Shown here: positions 48,498 to 62,458 of the stretch, piece after piece
How the letters are laid out: each line of letters begins with the position of its first letter
Position numbering within the stretch: position 1 is the first letter of the stretch
NCBI GenBank assembly: GCA_052327205.1
Contig: CM126227.1
Coordinates: forward strand, 24,490,001 to 24,554,000
Reading direction: 5' to 3'
Source of the DNA: Somniosus microcephalus
Taxonomy: Eukaryota
Length of the DNA stretch: 64,000 bases
Program-made: the position numbers and the translations under genes
The notes under the pieces: generated by a model
Told to the model about the DNA's origin: nothing
Databases searched by the model: none
Seen by the model: only the letters and a program-made list of their open reading frames with translations

Positions 48498-50936
48498 TGT
48501 AATATATGTGGGCAGAACAAATGAAGGACAGAGACACGATTAGTTGTGAGTCAAGGTGCTTGTTTACTAGGCCAGAGCGAACTGAGCATGCTCATACCAA
48601 ACCATGTGACAAACCATGTGATAATACATTACACTGCTTTCCCCATTAAAAAACATATGTATTCCCCTCTCAAATACAACAAAACTATGGCCCCACCTTT
48701 CCCAGCATTACATGTATCGCATAACAAAAACTCCAGGCTTTTTTCTTCTAAATCAACTACAAATGCTACAAATAAACTACAAATCCAGTTTAGTAACAGG
48801 TTTGCAGAGCCTTCCTGATCTTTGGTGTTGAACCAATTTTCGGGTTGTTTTGGTTCCGAACTCAAAGATGATCCTGTTTCTATCTCAGATTTGTTTGAAC
48901 CTATATGTTTCACTTCAATCCACTTTGCTGACAAGTGATTCAAGATCATGGTCCAATCCATTCAAGGTGTTATCATACACTCTTTTCAGTACTGAGTCCT
49001 TTTGAGTCTCATCTGCAATCTCAGTTGCATTCACAGGAAAGTCTTTGTCAACTGCACCTCGTGTGAAAATTTCACCTTCACTCCCAACACATGAGTCCTC
49101 ATGTGGCAACCTGGACAAGGCATCTGCAATTGCATTTTGCTTTGAAGTGCGATATTCAATCGTGTAGTCATATTGTGACAACAACACTGCCTAACATTTC
49201 ATTCTTGATGTGGCCATTGCAGGGATGGCAGATTTGGGCCTCAATATTGATAGGAGCGGTTTGTGATCGGTTATCAGGGTAAATTTTCTGCCGATCAGGA
49301 ACTGTTGGAATTTCTTGATTCCAAACACTATGGCGAGTGCTTCCTTTTCAATTTGCACGTAGTTTCTTTCGCTCTTTGTGAGGGTTTGCGATGCGAAAAC
49401 GATTGGTTTCTCTTGGCCATCATCCATTAAGTGGCTTATGACAGCATGAACTGTACATTCCATTTGTCCCTAGGATTTCTCCGGAGTAGGTTTTTAACTC
49501 TACGGTACTCTTTGCAAGTGGTATTTGATTAAACTTACTCTCATATGTGTCCTTACTCATGAGAGAGCAGTCCGCCGCTGGTCATTGGTCAAAAGTTTTG
49601 TTTGAAAATCTTTCTCATGACTGCTAGTATTGCTGCTAGTGGCATAGATACTGTAGATGCCTAGTTCTTCAACATCAGGTGTGTTCAATTCAATATTGTT
49701 AATTCCTCCCTTTTGTTGTCGCTGCTTTGCATTGCCACTAGAATGGTTCTTATTTCCTACTTGAGATCTATCTCTGCAAGCTGTTGAAATATGGGCTTGC
49801 TTCTGGCAGTGAAAACACCTCGCATTTCTGTATTGGCAGGTCTGTGGTGAGTGATTTCCATTGCAGTGATAACAATTCACTGAACTGTTCTCATCAACAT
49901 GCTTTTGACTCGGTCTCACAACTTTAGGTTTGGCGGTAGATTTGTGACTGTAGACCTCAGCTGCACCAGTCACTTGAGTTGGATGGAGCTCCCTAGCATT
50001 CTTAGACACCATCTCCATAGAAAGGGCAATTTTGCATGCTATGTCAAATGTTAGGTTTGGAGTATTCAGTAACTTGGACTGTGTGCACTCATCCACCAGT
50101 CCACACACAAACTTATCTCACAACGCACGATCCAAAAATGTGCCAAAGTTACAATGCAAAGAGGTTTTTAAGAGCTGCAATGTACTCACTGATGGTTTCA
50201 CTTTGTTTCTGGTTTCTGAGACCAAGCTTATAGCTCTCTGCTATTTCTAATGGCTTTTGGTCAAAATGGTCCTCGAGTTTCTCAACAATGTCTTCAAATG
50301 AAACACCCTTCACTTTCCCTGACGTGAGTAGGTTTGTCAACGTTCCGTAGACATCTGACCCAATCTCCGTTTGAAAAATTGCTTTCTTCCGTTCATGAAT
50401 TACTTTATTTTGAGCTTGAACATTCTCATCTGCACCTTCGGTCTCAAAAATGTTATTGGCCCTGAAAAACATCTCCATCCGCTCAATGTAAGAACTGAAT
50501 GGTTTGCGAGCTCAGTCATACATGCCGAGGTTTCCAATGAATCCATGATTGTCCCGATCCCGTTGAACAGTGACTCAGCACGCTACCTGTGTACCTGTGA
50601 GAATCAACACCGCTGTTGCTGTGTATACACACACGCGAAGGTGAAGCACAGAAAATTCTGCATCAGCATTAACAGTAAAACATCGCAAAAATTCAGTTTA
50701 GGTGTCACAAATTCACCTTAAACTTTTCCACTCGAAAGTTGAACACTGGGTCCTTCCATGATCCCTAAAAGTGGCTTTGGGATCCCATTCTCGTCACCAA
50801 AAATGTAAAATATGTGGGTAGAACAAATGAAGGACAGAGACATGATGAGTTGCTAGTCAAGGTGCTTATTTACTAGGCCAGAGCGAACTGAGCATGCTCA
50901 TACTAAACCATGTGACAAACTTGATCATACATTACA
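48498..50936 (-). mobile_element. Internally deleted Ty3/Gypsy element with short LTRs
   Basis: LTRs 48498-48633 and 50804-50936 (TGTAA..TTACA), PBS TGGTGACGAG, PPT; gag with two zinc knuckles (CYHCNGNH, CFHCQKQAH); RNase H remnant (YVQIEKEALAIVFG, TDHKPL); protease, RT and most integrase missing. Confidence 0.9.
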
Positions 50937-51029
50937 CTTTGGAATTCCAAACACATTACATTACTTAGACAAGGAAGAAGACTTTGTGATGGGTCAACAA
51001 ATGTAGGTGCAAGGATATCAGAGACACTT

Positions 51030-51510
51030 GGCCACATGCTACAGCAGAATGGACAATTACAGGCCCCTCAACATCTACCTGAACATGGTAGATGAGGCCT
51101 GTCTTTGCTTCCTCTACTTCTCAAGATCCACTGCCATAGAGTCATAGAATTGCACCATATGTTCTAGGATAAACTGGGAATGACAACTGGAACAGGGATG
51201 GCTCTACTCGTAGATGAAAAGGTTTCCGCAAAGTAATGTTCTTCTGATCAAGAACTGATAAATGGTAATTTTGCATCTTCTTCAACTTTCCTGTAGGAAA
51301 GAGGCAACAACTGGACAGGGCACACAGCTGTTCACTGGGTGACAGAGATCCCTTGAGTGCAGGGCATTTAGAAAGCAGACATGTGGACATTAGGACCCTT
51401 TAAATCAATCCTTAATGAACAGAAAGGGTTTGCACTCAATTGCTGTTCAGTACGATCAGACCATGGAAACATTATTATGCACATCAGTGGCCCGTATCTA
51501 TGATGCAGTC
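51030..51510 (+). pseudogene. Ancient HARBI1-like Harbinger transposase relic
   Basis: Fragments NYRPLNIYLNMVDEACL, ELHHMF*DKLG..ALLVDEKV and MNRKGLHSIAVQ in the expected order (compare NRKGFHSINVQ). Confidence 0.6.
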
Positions 51511-54500
51511 ATTGTAAACCATTCAGCAAATATACTGGGGGAATGACTCCCCTGTAAAATGAATCAACTGAATGAAAAATGTGTATGCTTTACAGTTTTT
51601 TTTGTCTGCTTGCTTTCCTTTGGCGTCAGAATTTACAATATCACAGCAGAGATATCCCAGAGGTTTAATTGCATTATCTTGCTCACAAAAAACCTTTATT
51701 GAATAGAAAATACTGCAATATGCTTACAATCAGTTTATAGTCTAAAATTGTGCATTGAGTTTAACCTCATATGTTTTTAGATCAGTGGAGCGAATTCCAT
51801 GAAGAAATAAAAACACTTTATTTAATTAAAAAGCTTTTAGCCATTTTGGCTATTAATCCTCCTATTTATGTTAATAGTTTAGACCATGTCTTTTAAGGAT
51901 AAAAATACATTTGCCCTATGAACCCTCATCAGGACCACTGATTAAATGGAACTGTAACTTTATTTGTAATACTTTCTCACAGATTAACCTCACTAAGGGA
52001 AATTATTCAATTCTAATTTTTTTAAAGTAAATTTATTGGGGATTGTTACAAAATGACACTTGCGTTACAACTCCCTCCTACTTCACCTCTCTTTAGAGAG
52101 TGGCCATCTTGGAATCGTTCTAAGTAGAAATTGAGTAAAACATTTAGCGCAGATATTTCTTGTCTGTCTGTCAATAATTGGTTTAGTTAGTGTTCCAGGC
52201 TTGTTGGTGTGGCTGTTTAATTCAGTGGAGAAAACTACACTGGAAGCAGAATTACCATCAAAATAACCACACTATTATAATATTAATGTGGGCAGGACAA
52301 TTCCAGTCTATTATTCCCTAGTTTATTATAGTTAGACTATTTCCCTCAACAGCAGTATCATGTACTTCTCTGCTGTATATATTCCAGCCTTGTGAGCACA
52401 TGGGTGAAACCGTGCACATCTTTATACTTGTACAGGGCAGGTTGACAATTGGTGCCCACTTTTCTGAACTAAATTGCCAAACTTATTTCTTCCTATATGT
52501 TGCTACAAAACTGTGTTTCTTTTCCTGTGTATAATTCAAAATGTTTTAGCTATCTTCCAAATAATTTAGTTATTAATAAATACTGACTAAAATTGTGACC
52601 TCCTAAACCACAGTCACATGACGTTACTTCACTCTCTGACCTTTCGGGTCTCACTGATGTTCCAGTCGCCCTCGGCTTCCTTCCTCCTACAGTGTCCGGG
52701 CTATTTTAAAACCAATATTCACATCATCTAATCAGTAGTTTCTGATTCACCTGGTCTTCTCCTTTATCTTTTATGGTTTGGCAACGACCCAAACTATGAG
52801 CCCTGGCCTTTCATCTTGGCTTCTGATTTTCTTTAAATAAATGACAGGCTTTCTTTAACGTGGTGTTTCTTGTTTCTGTTTTTCAGATAAATTTGTTTTG
52901 AATGGGCTGAGCAGGATAATACCGCATTAATAATTGCTGCTGACTATGAAAAAGCACCAATCTTTAAATAGTTACATCAGAGGGAAGTGAAACACAAGAG
53001 ACTTTTATGCCCTTTGAATAATGCCACAACGGAATACAATTCCCTCTGATGTTACAGTAGAACCTTGACTGTCATGTTTATTTAATCTAACAAATGTATG
53101 CAGTGCTGCATTTACTGTGGTGGAATATCCTACTGAAGTTCCATCTTCAAGTTATGGAACCGACTTCAGAGTAAGAAACTATCTGTGCGGAATTAATTCA
53201 TACCTTTATGTTGGTTGATGTAGCTTTGCTTTTATCTTTGTAATTAATTTTGTCAAACTGCATAAGCATTCCAAAAAAAAAGTCAAAGCACCTTTAAAGA
53301 TGGATGCTGCATTAAATTAACATCATTAAAGTTTCAGTGTGAGCCCATTTCAAGTTATTCTGTATTAAAGTCTAAGCCTAGAAAATAGTGTTGGCGGTAT
53401 TAATGCTTATTAATGTTTTGGTGCAAAATTTCTCTAACTGCTATTTTAATGAAGGTGTTTACTCGTTTGTTTGAAATGGGTTAACACCTTTGGTGCACGT
53501 AGAAAAAAGAGGAAAGTTACACAAACGCTTCAATCAATTTCTGCTAATATCATCAATAGTCATTCCTAGGCAATAGACTTGAATTGCCCTTCTACACCAG
53601 CTCAAAAAGTGCTCCATGTCAAGTTGGCATTTTCAATCTCCCTCAGAAATACCTCACCATCTTGGTTACTGGTTGCTTGTGCCTATAGGTGGAGCCCCAG
53701 CAACAAAGGCATCTTCCCTTATGCTATGTAACCTTTAACACCTCCTGTTGCCACAGGATTCACGTTGAGGTGGGTCTAATCCTTTATGGTCCATCAGGAG
53801 GAGTCTTTACATAGAAATACATTCAGTTTACAGCACAGAAACAAGCCATTTGACCCAAGTGGTCTATGCCAGTGTTTATATTCCAAACAAGCCTCCTCCC
53901 ATTGGATTTGATTTAATGCCATTTAGGGAAGGAAACCTGCTGTCCTTACCTGGTGTGCCCTACTCGTTACCTCGCTGTATCAGGCTATCCCTGTTGATTT
54001 TTTAGTGTATGATACAAAACCCAGGAGAAGCTATCTATATACCACTGTCAAGTTTCAATGTTAATTCAAATGAAATTAATACAGTATGTCACACCATACA
54101 AATATCCATTTTTTTTGCCAGTATATAATAAAATATGGTGAGAGTTGAGGCTGATAAATGAATGAGGCAGCTCTTTAAAGTGCTAAACCAACCCCTTTTT
54201 CTGAACGTTTAAAGATTTTTTATTAAATGACCTATGCCAATGGCTTTAAGTGAAAATCAATGAAATTGTTTTTTAAACAATTGCAATCTTGTACACACAG
54301 ACTTCGACTTTTCTGCAGAAGCTGTGGAGGGCTGCAGCCATGCTTAGCAATATATATTTACTGTTTGTGTATGATAGGCTTAGTTGTGCCCAGGCAGATT
54401 TACGACAGAGAGGCTGATTGAAAGAGAACAACACTAAATCATCATTAAATTTTTATACTTTTGCTCTGTGAAGAAAGCAGATAAGGTTTCAGCATGGCTG

Positions 54501-55014
54501 AGCACCTTTTAAATTGTGGAATATTTTCCTTTTATAAGAGTCAATGTTTGATCCTTTCCCCCTTCAAATGGCACCTGTGGTGGCTGTAATATATCTCCTC
54601 CCAGTAAATAATAAATTACACTGAGAGTGGAACTATCAGCCCCTGCAGTGACTTCATTCCTTTCATTCAACTGCTCTCTCTCTCTTGTTTACTTAATTAC
54701 TGTGATATTCTCACAGCTACTTTCATTCCTCTTGTCAGAGAACTCTGTACTCATTCATTTAAGTCACCTAGACTGACATCCTATCTTTTCTCCACATGCT
54801 GTCGTCACTTATTCAGGGCTGAAGGTTGAATTTGACCTCAAATTGTTATGTACAACTCCACACAGCTACTGGGAGGCTAATCTGCCAAGTGCTGTATTGA
54901 AGTGCCTGATAACTAGTCAACAACTAAATGGCAGGTAGTCAAGACAACACCATACTTGGCTCCTCTGATGCGGCAATGGGGAAGGGCACTGCCTATTGGA
55001 ATCAAACAAACCAG

Positions 55015-55192
55015 GGAAGGTCTCAAGTTTGATTTTGATCACTGCAGGGGGCTCGGGAGGCCAACAATCCACCAGGAATCCCTCTTCTGATCCCTATCTA
55101 CTCTCTCCTGGTGGAAAGTATGCAGGTGCAGACAGCACAAAGACAGGGTTGGCTGGCATTCTCTATCCTTCCCATAAGGCCAGGTAGCTGGT
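55015..55192. repeat. Old interspersed repeat; inverted relative at about 56258-56415
   Basis: Shared ccaggaatccctcttctg...ttctctatccttcccataa..tagctgg on opposite strands. Confidence 0.65.
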
Positions 55193-56427
55193 GTGGTGTG
55201 CTGTCTCGGCTCATACATGAAGAATAATTATTTTGGTGAAGCATTAACGAGATACCAGCATCTGTGGAAGCACATATAATGTGAGTCACCCTATTTAAGA
55301 TAGGAGGGATAAGGGAGGGTGAAAAAAAACTGTACTACTTGGACGTACAATATGGGCTACATCAAGTACACGTGAGTGCAAAATCAAATTTAGAAACAAG
55401 AAATTATTGAATTGGGCCATTTGAGGTTTATTCACATATTCTTGAATTGGACTAATTTGGTTTAGGTTACACCTGACACAACCCTTCTGGGAAAAGCAAA
55501 ATAATGGCACACCTTTGGTTTATAAGTAGGAGGTATAAATCCATACTTCACGATGCTCTAGTGGAAAGGAATGCACCTGTATTCAGTCCATCGTGGTCCA
55601 TCGGGTCTTCTTGGCCCAGTGGGTAGGGAAGAGTGAATATATATTCCCTGGCAGTCCATTGGTGAATATAAACCTGATCCTTAGTGCAGTCTTGGCTAAT
55701 CTTGTGAAGGCTCAAACTGTGGACTCTATGGCCGGAATTTTGACGGCGCTCAGAGGTCGAGATACTATGTTAAATTGTTACACTGGTGTCTGCATTGATG
55801 CCTTTTATGTTACATTTGAATTAAGCATTCGTACAGAGATAAACAGATCTGATTATGGCATAGTCATTAAATGCATTATGTGGTGTAGTCCAAGGCCAAA
55901 CACACCAAAAGGTTCCAGGTTCATTGGGCTGTGCTCAGTTAGTTGATCTCAGGCAGGGTAGCAATTTGACAACTAAGTTGGCATCAACTCCACCGGACTA
56001 TGGAGGGTTCCTGTTTCTAATTGGTATCAATTTATCTCTGTGGCAAAATCCTGTGTTGGGCTCACTTGTGATGCCCCCCATGATGAAATAGCCTGCAGGT
56101 GCTCACTATCTAGCTGCACACATAACACATGACAACTTGGGCAAGGCACAAGAAGGCTGCCACCATCTACAGACTCCAGCAAGTGCCCTTTTGGAGAGGA
56201 GAAAAAAACTGACAAAATAGAAAATAAATACGAAGACAATGGGAGTAATTTTAAGCCCCCAGCTACTTGGCATTATGGGAAGGATAGAGAACATCAGCCA
56301 ACCTGCACATGCACACTCTTCACCAGGAGAAAGTGGACAGGGAGCAGAAGAGGGATTCCTGGCTAATTGTTGGCCTCTCCAGTCTCCTGCAGTGAGCAAG
56401 ATCAAACTTGAGATGTCCACTGGTTTG

Positions 56428-59050
56428 TTTGGGCCTATACTCTCTGGGGTTTAGAAGAATGAGAGGTGATCTCATTGAAACATATAAGATTCTGAGGGGC
56501 ATTGACAGGGTAGAAACTGAGAGGTTGCTTCGTCTGGCTGGAGTGTCTAGAACTAGGGGCCATAGTCTCAGGATAAGGGGTCATAAGAACATAAGAAGTA
56601 GGAGCAGGAATAGGCCATACGGCCCTTCGGGCCTGCTCCGCCATTCAATAGGATCATAGCTGATCCGAACCTAGACTCGCGTCCACTTCCCTGCCCGCTC
56701 CCCGTAACCCCTAATTCCCTTATCAGCTAGGAAACTGTCTATCTCCGTTTTAAATTTATTTAATGTCGCAGCTTCCACAGCTCTCTGAGGTAGCAAATTC
56801 CATAGATTTACTACCCTCTGAGTGAAGAAGTTTCTCCTCATCTCAGTTTTGATAGGGCAGCCCCTTATTCTAAGATTATGCCCCCTAGTTCTACTCTCAC
56901 CCATCAGTGGAAACATCCTCCCCGCATCCACCCGATCAAGCCCCCTCACAATCTTATATGTTTCGATAAGATCGCCTCTCATTCTTCTGAATTCCAATGA
57001 GTAGAGGCCCAACCTACTCAACCTTTCCTCATAAGTCAACCCCCTCATCTCCGGAATCAACCGAGTGAACCTTCTCTGAACTGCCTCGAGAGCAAGTATA
57101 TCTTTTCTTAAATATGGAAACCAAAACTGTATGCAGTATTCCAGGTATGGCCTCACCAGTACCCTGTATAACTGAAGCAAGACTTCCCTGCTTTTATACT
57201 CCATCCCCCTTGCAATAAAAGCCAAGATTCCATTGATCTTCCTGATCACCTGCTGTACCTGCATATTAACCTTCTGTGTTTCATGCACCAGGACCCCCAG
57301 ATCCCTTTGTACTGTAGCACTTTGCAGTTTCTTTCCATTTAGATAATAACTTGCTCTTTGATTTTTTCTGCCAAAGTGCATAACCTCACACTTTCCAACA
57401 TTATATTCAATCTGCCAAATTTCTGCCCACTCACTTAACCTGTCTATGTCCTTTTGCAGGTTTTTTATGTCCTCCTCACTCACTGCTTTCCCTCCCATCT
57501 TTGTATCGTCGGCAAACGTGGATACGTTGCACTTGGTCCCCTCCTCCAAATCATTAATATAGATTGTAAAGAGTTGGGGTCCCAGCACTGACCCCTGCGG
57601 AACACCACTAGTTACTGATTGCCAACCCGAGAAAGAACCATTTATCCCCACTCTCTGTTTTCTGTTAGATAGCCAATCTTCCACCCATGCCAGTATATTA
57701 CCCCCAATCCCGTGATTTTTTATCTTGTGCAGTAATCTTTTGTGTGGCACCTTGTCAAATGCCTTTTGGAAGTCCAAATACACTACATCCACTGGTTCCC
57801 CTTTATCCACCCTGTATGTTACATCCTCAAAGAATTCGAGCAAAGGGCGTTACATTAGCAGTTTTCCAATCTGCTGGGACCTTTCCTGAATCCAGGGAGT
57901 TTTGGAAAATTACCACCAATGCATCTGCAATCCCTACCGCTACTTCTCTCAAGACCCTAGGATGTAAGCCATCAGGTCCAGGGGATTTATCCACCTTAAG
58001 TCCCATTATCTTACCGAGTACCATCTTCTTAGTGATTTTAATCGTGTTTAGCTCCTCCTCCCCATAGCCCCCTGTTTGTCCAGTGTTGGGATATTTTTAG
58101 TGTCCTCTACTGTAAAGACTGATACAAAATATTTGTTCAGCGTATTTGCCATCTCTATGTTCCCCACTACTAATTTCCCGGTCTAGTCCTCTAAGGGACC
58201 AACATTCACTTTAGCCACCCTTTTTCTTTTTATATAACTGTAGAAACTCTTGCTATCTGTTTTTATATTTTTTGCTAGTTTACTTTCATAATCTACCTTC
58301 CCTTTCTTAATTAATCTTTTAGTTATTCTTTGCTTGCTTTTAAATGCTTCCCAATCTTCTATCCTCCCACTAGATTTGGCTACTTTATATGCCCTTGTTT
58401 TAAGTCGGATACTGTCCTTTATTACTTTACTTAGCCACGGATGGCTATCTTTTCTTTTACACCCCTTTTTCCTCAGTGGAATATATTTTTCTTGAAAGTT
58501 GTGAAATATCTCCTTGAATGTACACCACTGCTCATGTACCGTCTTACACCTTAATCTATTTTCCCAGTCCACTTTAGTCAACTCTGCTCTCATACCTTCA
58601 TAGTCTCCTTTATTTAAGCTTAGTACGCTGGTTTGAGATCCAACTCTCTCACCCTCCGACTGAATTTGGAATTCAACCATGTTATGGTCACTCATTCCAA
58701 GGGGATCCTTTACTAGGACATTTTTTATTAATCCTGTCTCATTGCACAGGACCAGATCTAAGATTGCCTGCCCCCTGCTTGGCCATTTAAGACTGAGATG
58801 AGGAGGAATTTCTTCACTCAGAGGGTTGTGAATCTTTGGAATTCTCTACCCCAAAGGGCCGTGGATGCTGAGTCATTGAGTATATTCAAGGCTGCGATAG
58901 ATAGATTTTTGGACTCTAGGAGAAGCAAGGGATATGGAGATCAGGCAGGAAAGTGGAGTTGAGGTCAAAGATCAGCCATGATCTTATTGAATGGCGGAGT
59001 AGGCTCGACAGGCCGTTTGGCCTACTCCCGCTCCTAGTTCTTATGTTCTT
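56428..59050 (+). mobile_element. Short CR1 3' end (56428-56582 plus 58781-59050) split by a nested CR1
   Basis: The halves join as ggataaggggtc|ggccatttaagactgag, which is contiguous CR1 sequence. Confidence 0.88.
56583..58780 (-). mobile_element. Young CR1, 5'-truncated, with an internal deletion near 57840
   Basis: Open 390-aa ORF 56671-57843 (YLDFQKAFD, GVPQGSVLGP, FADD); upstream ORF2 pieces; NVTP joined directly to LEFFE. Confidence 0.95.
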
Positions 59051-59967
59051 ATATTCCCTGCCCTCAGGAAACACGATAGCTGAAGGGAGACCTGAAGGGC
59101 CAGGTGAAATAGGTAAGTGCCTTTACAGCACTGCTCGTGGGCCAGGAGGAACAGGAGTGTTTACCCTCGGCTCAACAATCTAACCTGTAAACCCTCCCCC
59201 AAAACTGTCCAACTCCCCAACCCCCCCGCGATCTGTCTGACCCCTCCCGACTGTCTAAGCGCACTGTGATCTGACTGACACCCCCGCTATCTGTCCGACC
59301 CCCCTCCCCATGATCTGCCAGACTCTCCCAGCCCCCCAGCAATCGGTTCAACACCCCCGTGATCTGATCTGACTGAAACCCCCCTCGCCCCCCCAGTGAT
59401 CTGATCGACCCCCTCCCGATCACTTACCCCCTCAAAGATGACAGCTCCCCGGCTGTGCCCTAGAGCTGCAGGCCTACCCACCCAACAGTCTGCCAGCCTT
59501 CAATCTGGCTGGCTTCGGCTGGGAAACAGATCATTGTATCTTTGAAATCAGGTCCTGCAGGACCTTCGGGAAGCCCGTACTTCTAGGTTTCCTAGCCGCT
59601 AAACCTCCGTCTCCTCACCCCCACCTATCTGTTATTATCGGGGCCAATATACAGACTAGTTACTGCTCTCAGAAAGTAGATAACCAAAGAAGTGTCAAGC
59701 CTCTACACCTTATTAATCTTGAACCAAACACAATTAACTAGCGTGTAAAAGGTTCTTTGACACCACCAGCACAGAGTCACCTCAGGCAGTAATTAATATC
59801 TCTTAAAAGATTAGGCGAAAAAAAGAGACTTTGCACAAAAAGAAGTGATAATAAAGCTATTCTTTTTAACTGATAAATTTACAAAATTAAAGATGTTTAT
59901 GGCTCTTATTAAAATACCAGTACATTCTTTCCCAAGGACCAGTGCAGGCCTGAGGTTAATCTGTGTA

Positions 59968-60262
59968 TTTCCCCTAGAGTCCAAAAATCTATCTATCTCA
60001 GCCTTGAATATACTCAATGACTCAGCATCCACCGCCCTCTGGGGCAGAGAATTCCAAAGATTCACAATCCTCTGAGTAAAGAAATTCCTCCTCATCTCAG
60101 TCTTAAATGGCCGACCCCTTATCCTGAGACTGTGCCCCCTAGTTCTAGACTCTCCAGCCAGGGGAAACAACCTCCCAGTATCTACCCTGTCAATGCCCCT
60201 CAGAATCTTATATGTTTCAATGAGATCACCTCTCATTCTTCTAAACTCCAGAGAGTATAGGC
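59968..60262 (-). mobile_element. CR1 3' ORF2 fragment
   Basis: LYSLEFRRMRGDLIETYKILRG...FFTQRIVNLWNSLP. Confidence 0.9.
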
Positions 60263-61341
60263 ACATTCTACACAATCTCCATTGCTGAATGTGTGCGGGC
60301 TTGCCAGCTGCAATTTTGGATGCTTAGGTGCCCATTTTATGCCTGTAAAATGTTGCTATTAAAGGAGAAGGTAAGTCTAGGAAGGAGTTTTTATTCAAAG
60401 TACTCATTTAGAAAAATACATAATTACAGATGTGGAGGGCCCAGCCAATAGTGTGGTTTGGGAGAAGGCTCCCTTGCTGGGATAAGTTGTATACCCCATT
60501 GTTTTGAATAGAGTCACTCTGGGATTTAATCATGGATGCGCCTCCAACATCATATGCCTCTTAGTGGGTAAGAAAATTGGTTTCTGTAAAAACAAAAGGT
60601 CAATCAAGATTTCTTCACTGGTGCTCAATGCTCCACCCTGTGATTTCCCTAAACTCACTCTTTACTTCTCCCCCAGTGTCTGCATCTGTACTGTTGGCTG
60701 TTTGAAGTGTCATATTTTTGTGCCATCAATGTGAGGGAGAAAGCACTAGTTAGTGACTGAACATTTTTCCGCTTAAGGCAGCTAGCATCAGCATGAAGCA
60801 CTCTGGGGAATGACACGCTATAGACAACAGTCACACCTCTGATTCCATCTTTGATTCTGCAAACCTCCAAACCAGAATGTACAGCTGCAGAGTATAGCTC
60901 TCTCTACTCTGTCCCAACAATGTGCATTAACTGCACCCTCACCCACCCAGTCATCTAGCAAAATATTAAATTCTCCAGCAAAAATGAATTACAGTGTTGA
61001 CATATTGTTAAAATATTACCCGAGGCAGGGAGGAGTAGCGACACTGAAGTGGCAACTGAGGGTATCATTCCCAGTGAAAGTCATTGTGTAGCCCACAGAC
61101 AAACCGTTTTGTAGCAACAACTCCAGAACAAAAGTGCTCTTTAAAAGCCTTGTTGAAAAGCCTGATGATAATTCCAGGTTTTGGAACCAAGCCTTGCCGA
61201 ATCTAGTCGCATAACCTGTGACCTTTCACGGTTTTTTAATTCTTTCTAAATAGAATAAAATGAGGTAGCATTTATACAAAATATCTACCAAACAGTGTGA
61301 TTAGCGAGACAGTATATTTATGTGTAAAATTGTCTATTGAT

Positions 61342-61448
61342 GGGGGTAATTTTGACTTTGTGTGATAGTGCAATCGGCAGCCCGTTTTGCATCTCTCCCG
61401 GTTTTTATTTCCCATTTTGCACTATCGCACAAAGTCAAGATTACCCCC
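61342..61448. mobile_element. Tiny hairpin MITE, about 107 bp
   Basis: About 32-bp inverted arms gggggtaattttgactttgtgtgatagtgcaa / ttgcactatcgcacaaagtcaagattaccccc. Confidence 0.75.
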
Positions 61449-62458
61449 CCCCCCAGTTAGTTCTTATAATCACCACTGTACTGCCAAAGTGCTATAAAAT
61501 TATTAGTTAATTAGGTTATTAAATATGGATGCTGCTTTTCACGCAATGTGTCGGGCACCTTTTGATGTCTGTTGTAGGTATTTGTGATAAAAATTGATTG
61601 ACATCAGAATCCTGCGCTGTTTGTACTGGGGTCTGGTGGTCAGATTGAGCTCAGGGTTTTTACAGGAACGTTATTGTACAATTTCTCCATATGCTGCCAA
61701 GCAAACACTGTCCCACAGTGGAAGGGGGGGATGCTGCCTGCAGCCCAGGTGTCCTAATTATCAGGAAAACCACAGCAACAGCTGCAACTGTTCAATTAGT
61801 TACTGACCCATGGGCCCAGATCTGCTTGGATCATATTTATGTTCCGAGAAGCAAACACACAACTCGTTCCTCAGCTTGTTCTCGGAAAGACGCAGCTCAC
61901 TTTCTCCTGACGGTGCATGTTTTAGCATACAGCTGTTGCAGGGTTTCACTGGCGTGCAAAGGGCAAGGCTGAAACAGGCCTCAAACAACGAGAGACTGTG
62001 CTGGAAGTGAAAAAGAGGTGAGGGGTATTGTACGTAAAAATATATATCTCAGCAGGCAAAGTGACTGGTCACAGATGGCAGCAAAAACGCTTAATCCCAT
62101 CCGTGTCCTTTGTGTGCAGTCTGCAAAAATGTGTCACTTCCAGAGGGGAAGAAGTTCTGGCTCTGCTTCAGGGTGTTCAAAGAAACAATTTTACTTTGGT
62201 TCTTTTGAATCCATCCAATTAATTATAAAAATGTGTATTTCTGCACCCTGTTGCTTATTATCAGACACACCTGCCATCTCATGAATAACTTGCAAGCATG
62301 TTTCATAGCTATCTTCCTGCAGTAAAACCAAACTACTTCGGATTTATTTGTGATCTGATACTAATAGGAATTCTACCAGGGCTGTTACCTGACTTTGGCT
62401 GGCAACAGAGGAGAGGTGGTATTTCTGTGATAGGAACATAGGAACATGAGTAGGCCAT

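Noticed and set aside
48493-50941. TSD for the deleted Gypsy element
   Set aside because: Flanks TGTTG and CTTTG do not match convincingly
51520-55000. Host gene exons in the long unique AT-rich stretch (also 2380-3200 and 47000-48480)
   Set aside because: No recognisable reading frame with splice sites; small exons cannot be excluded without RNA-seq or homology search
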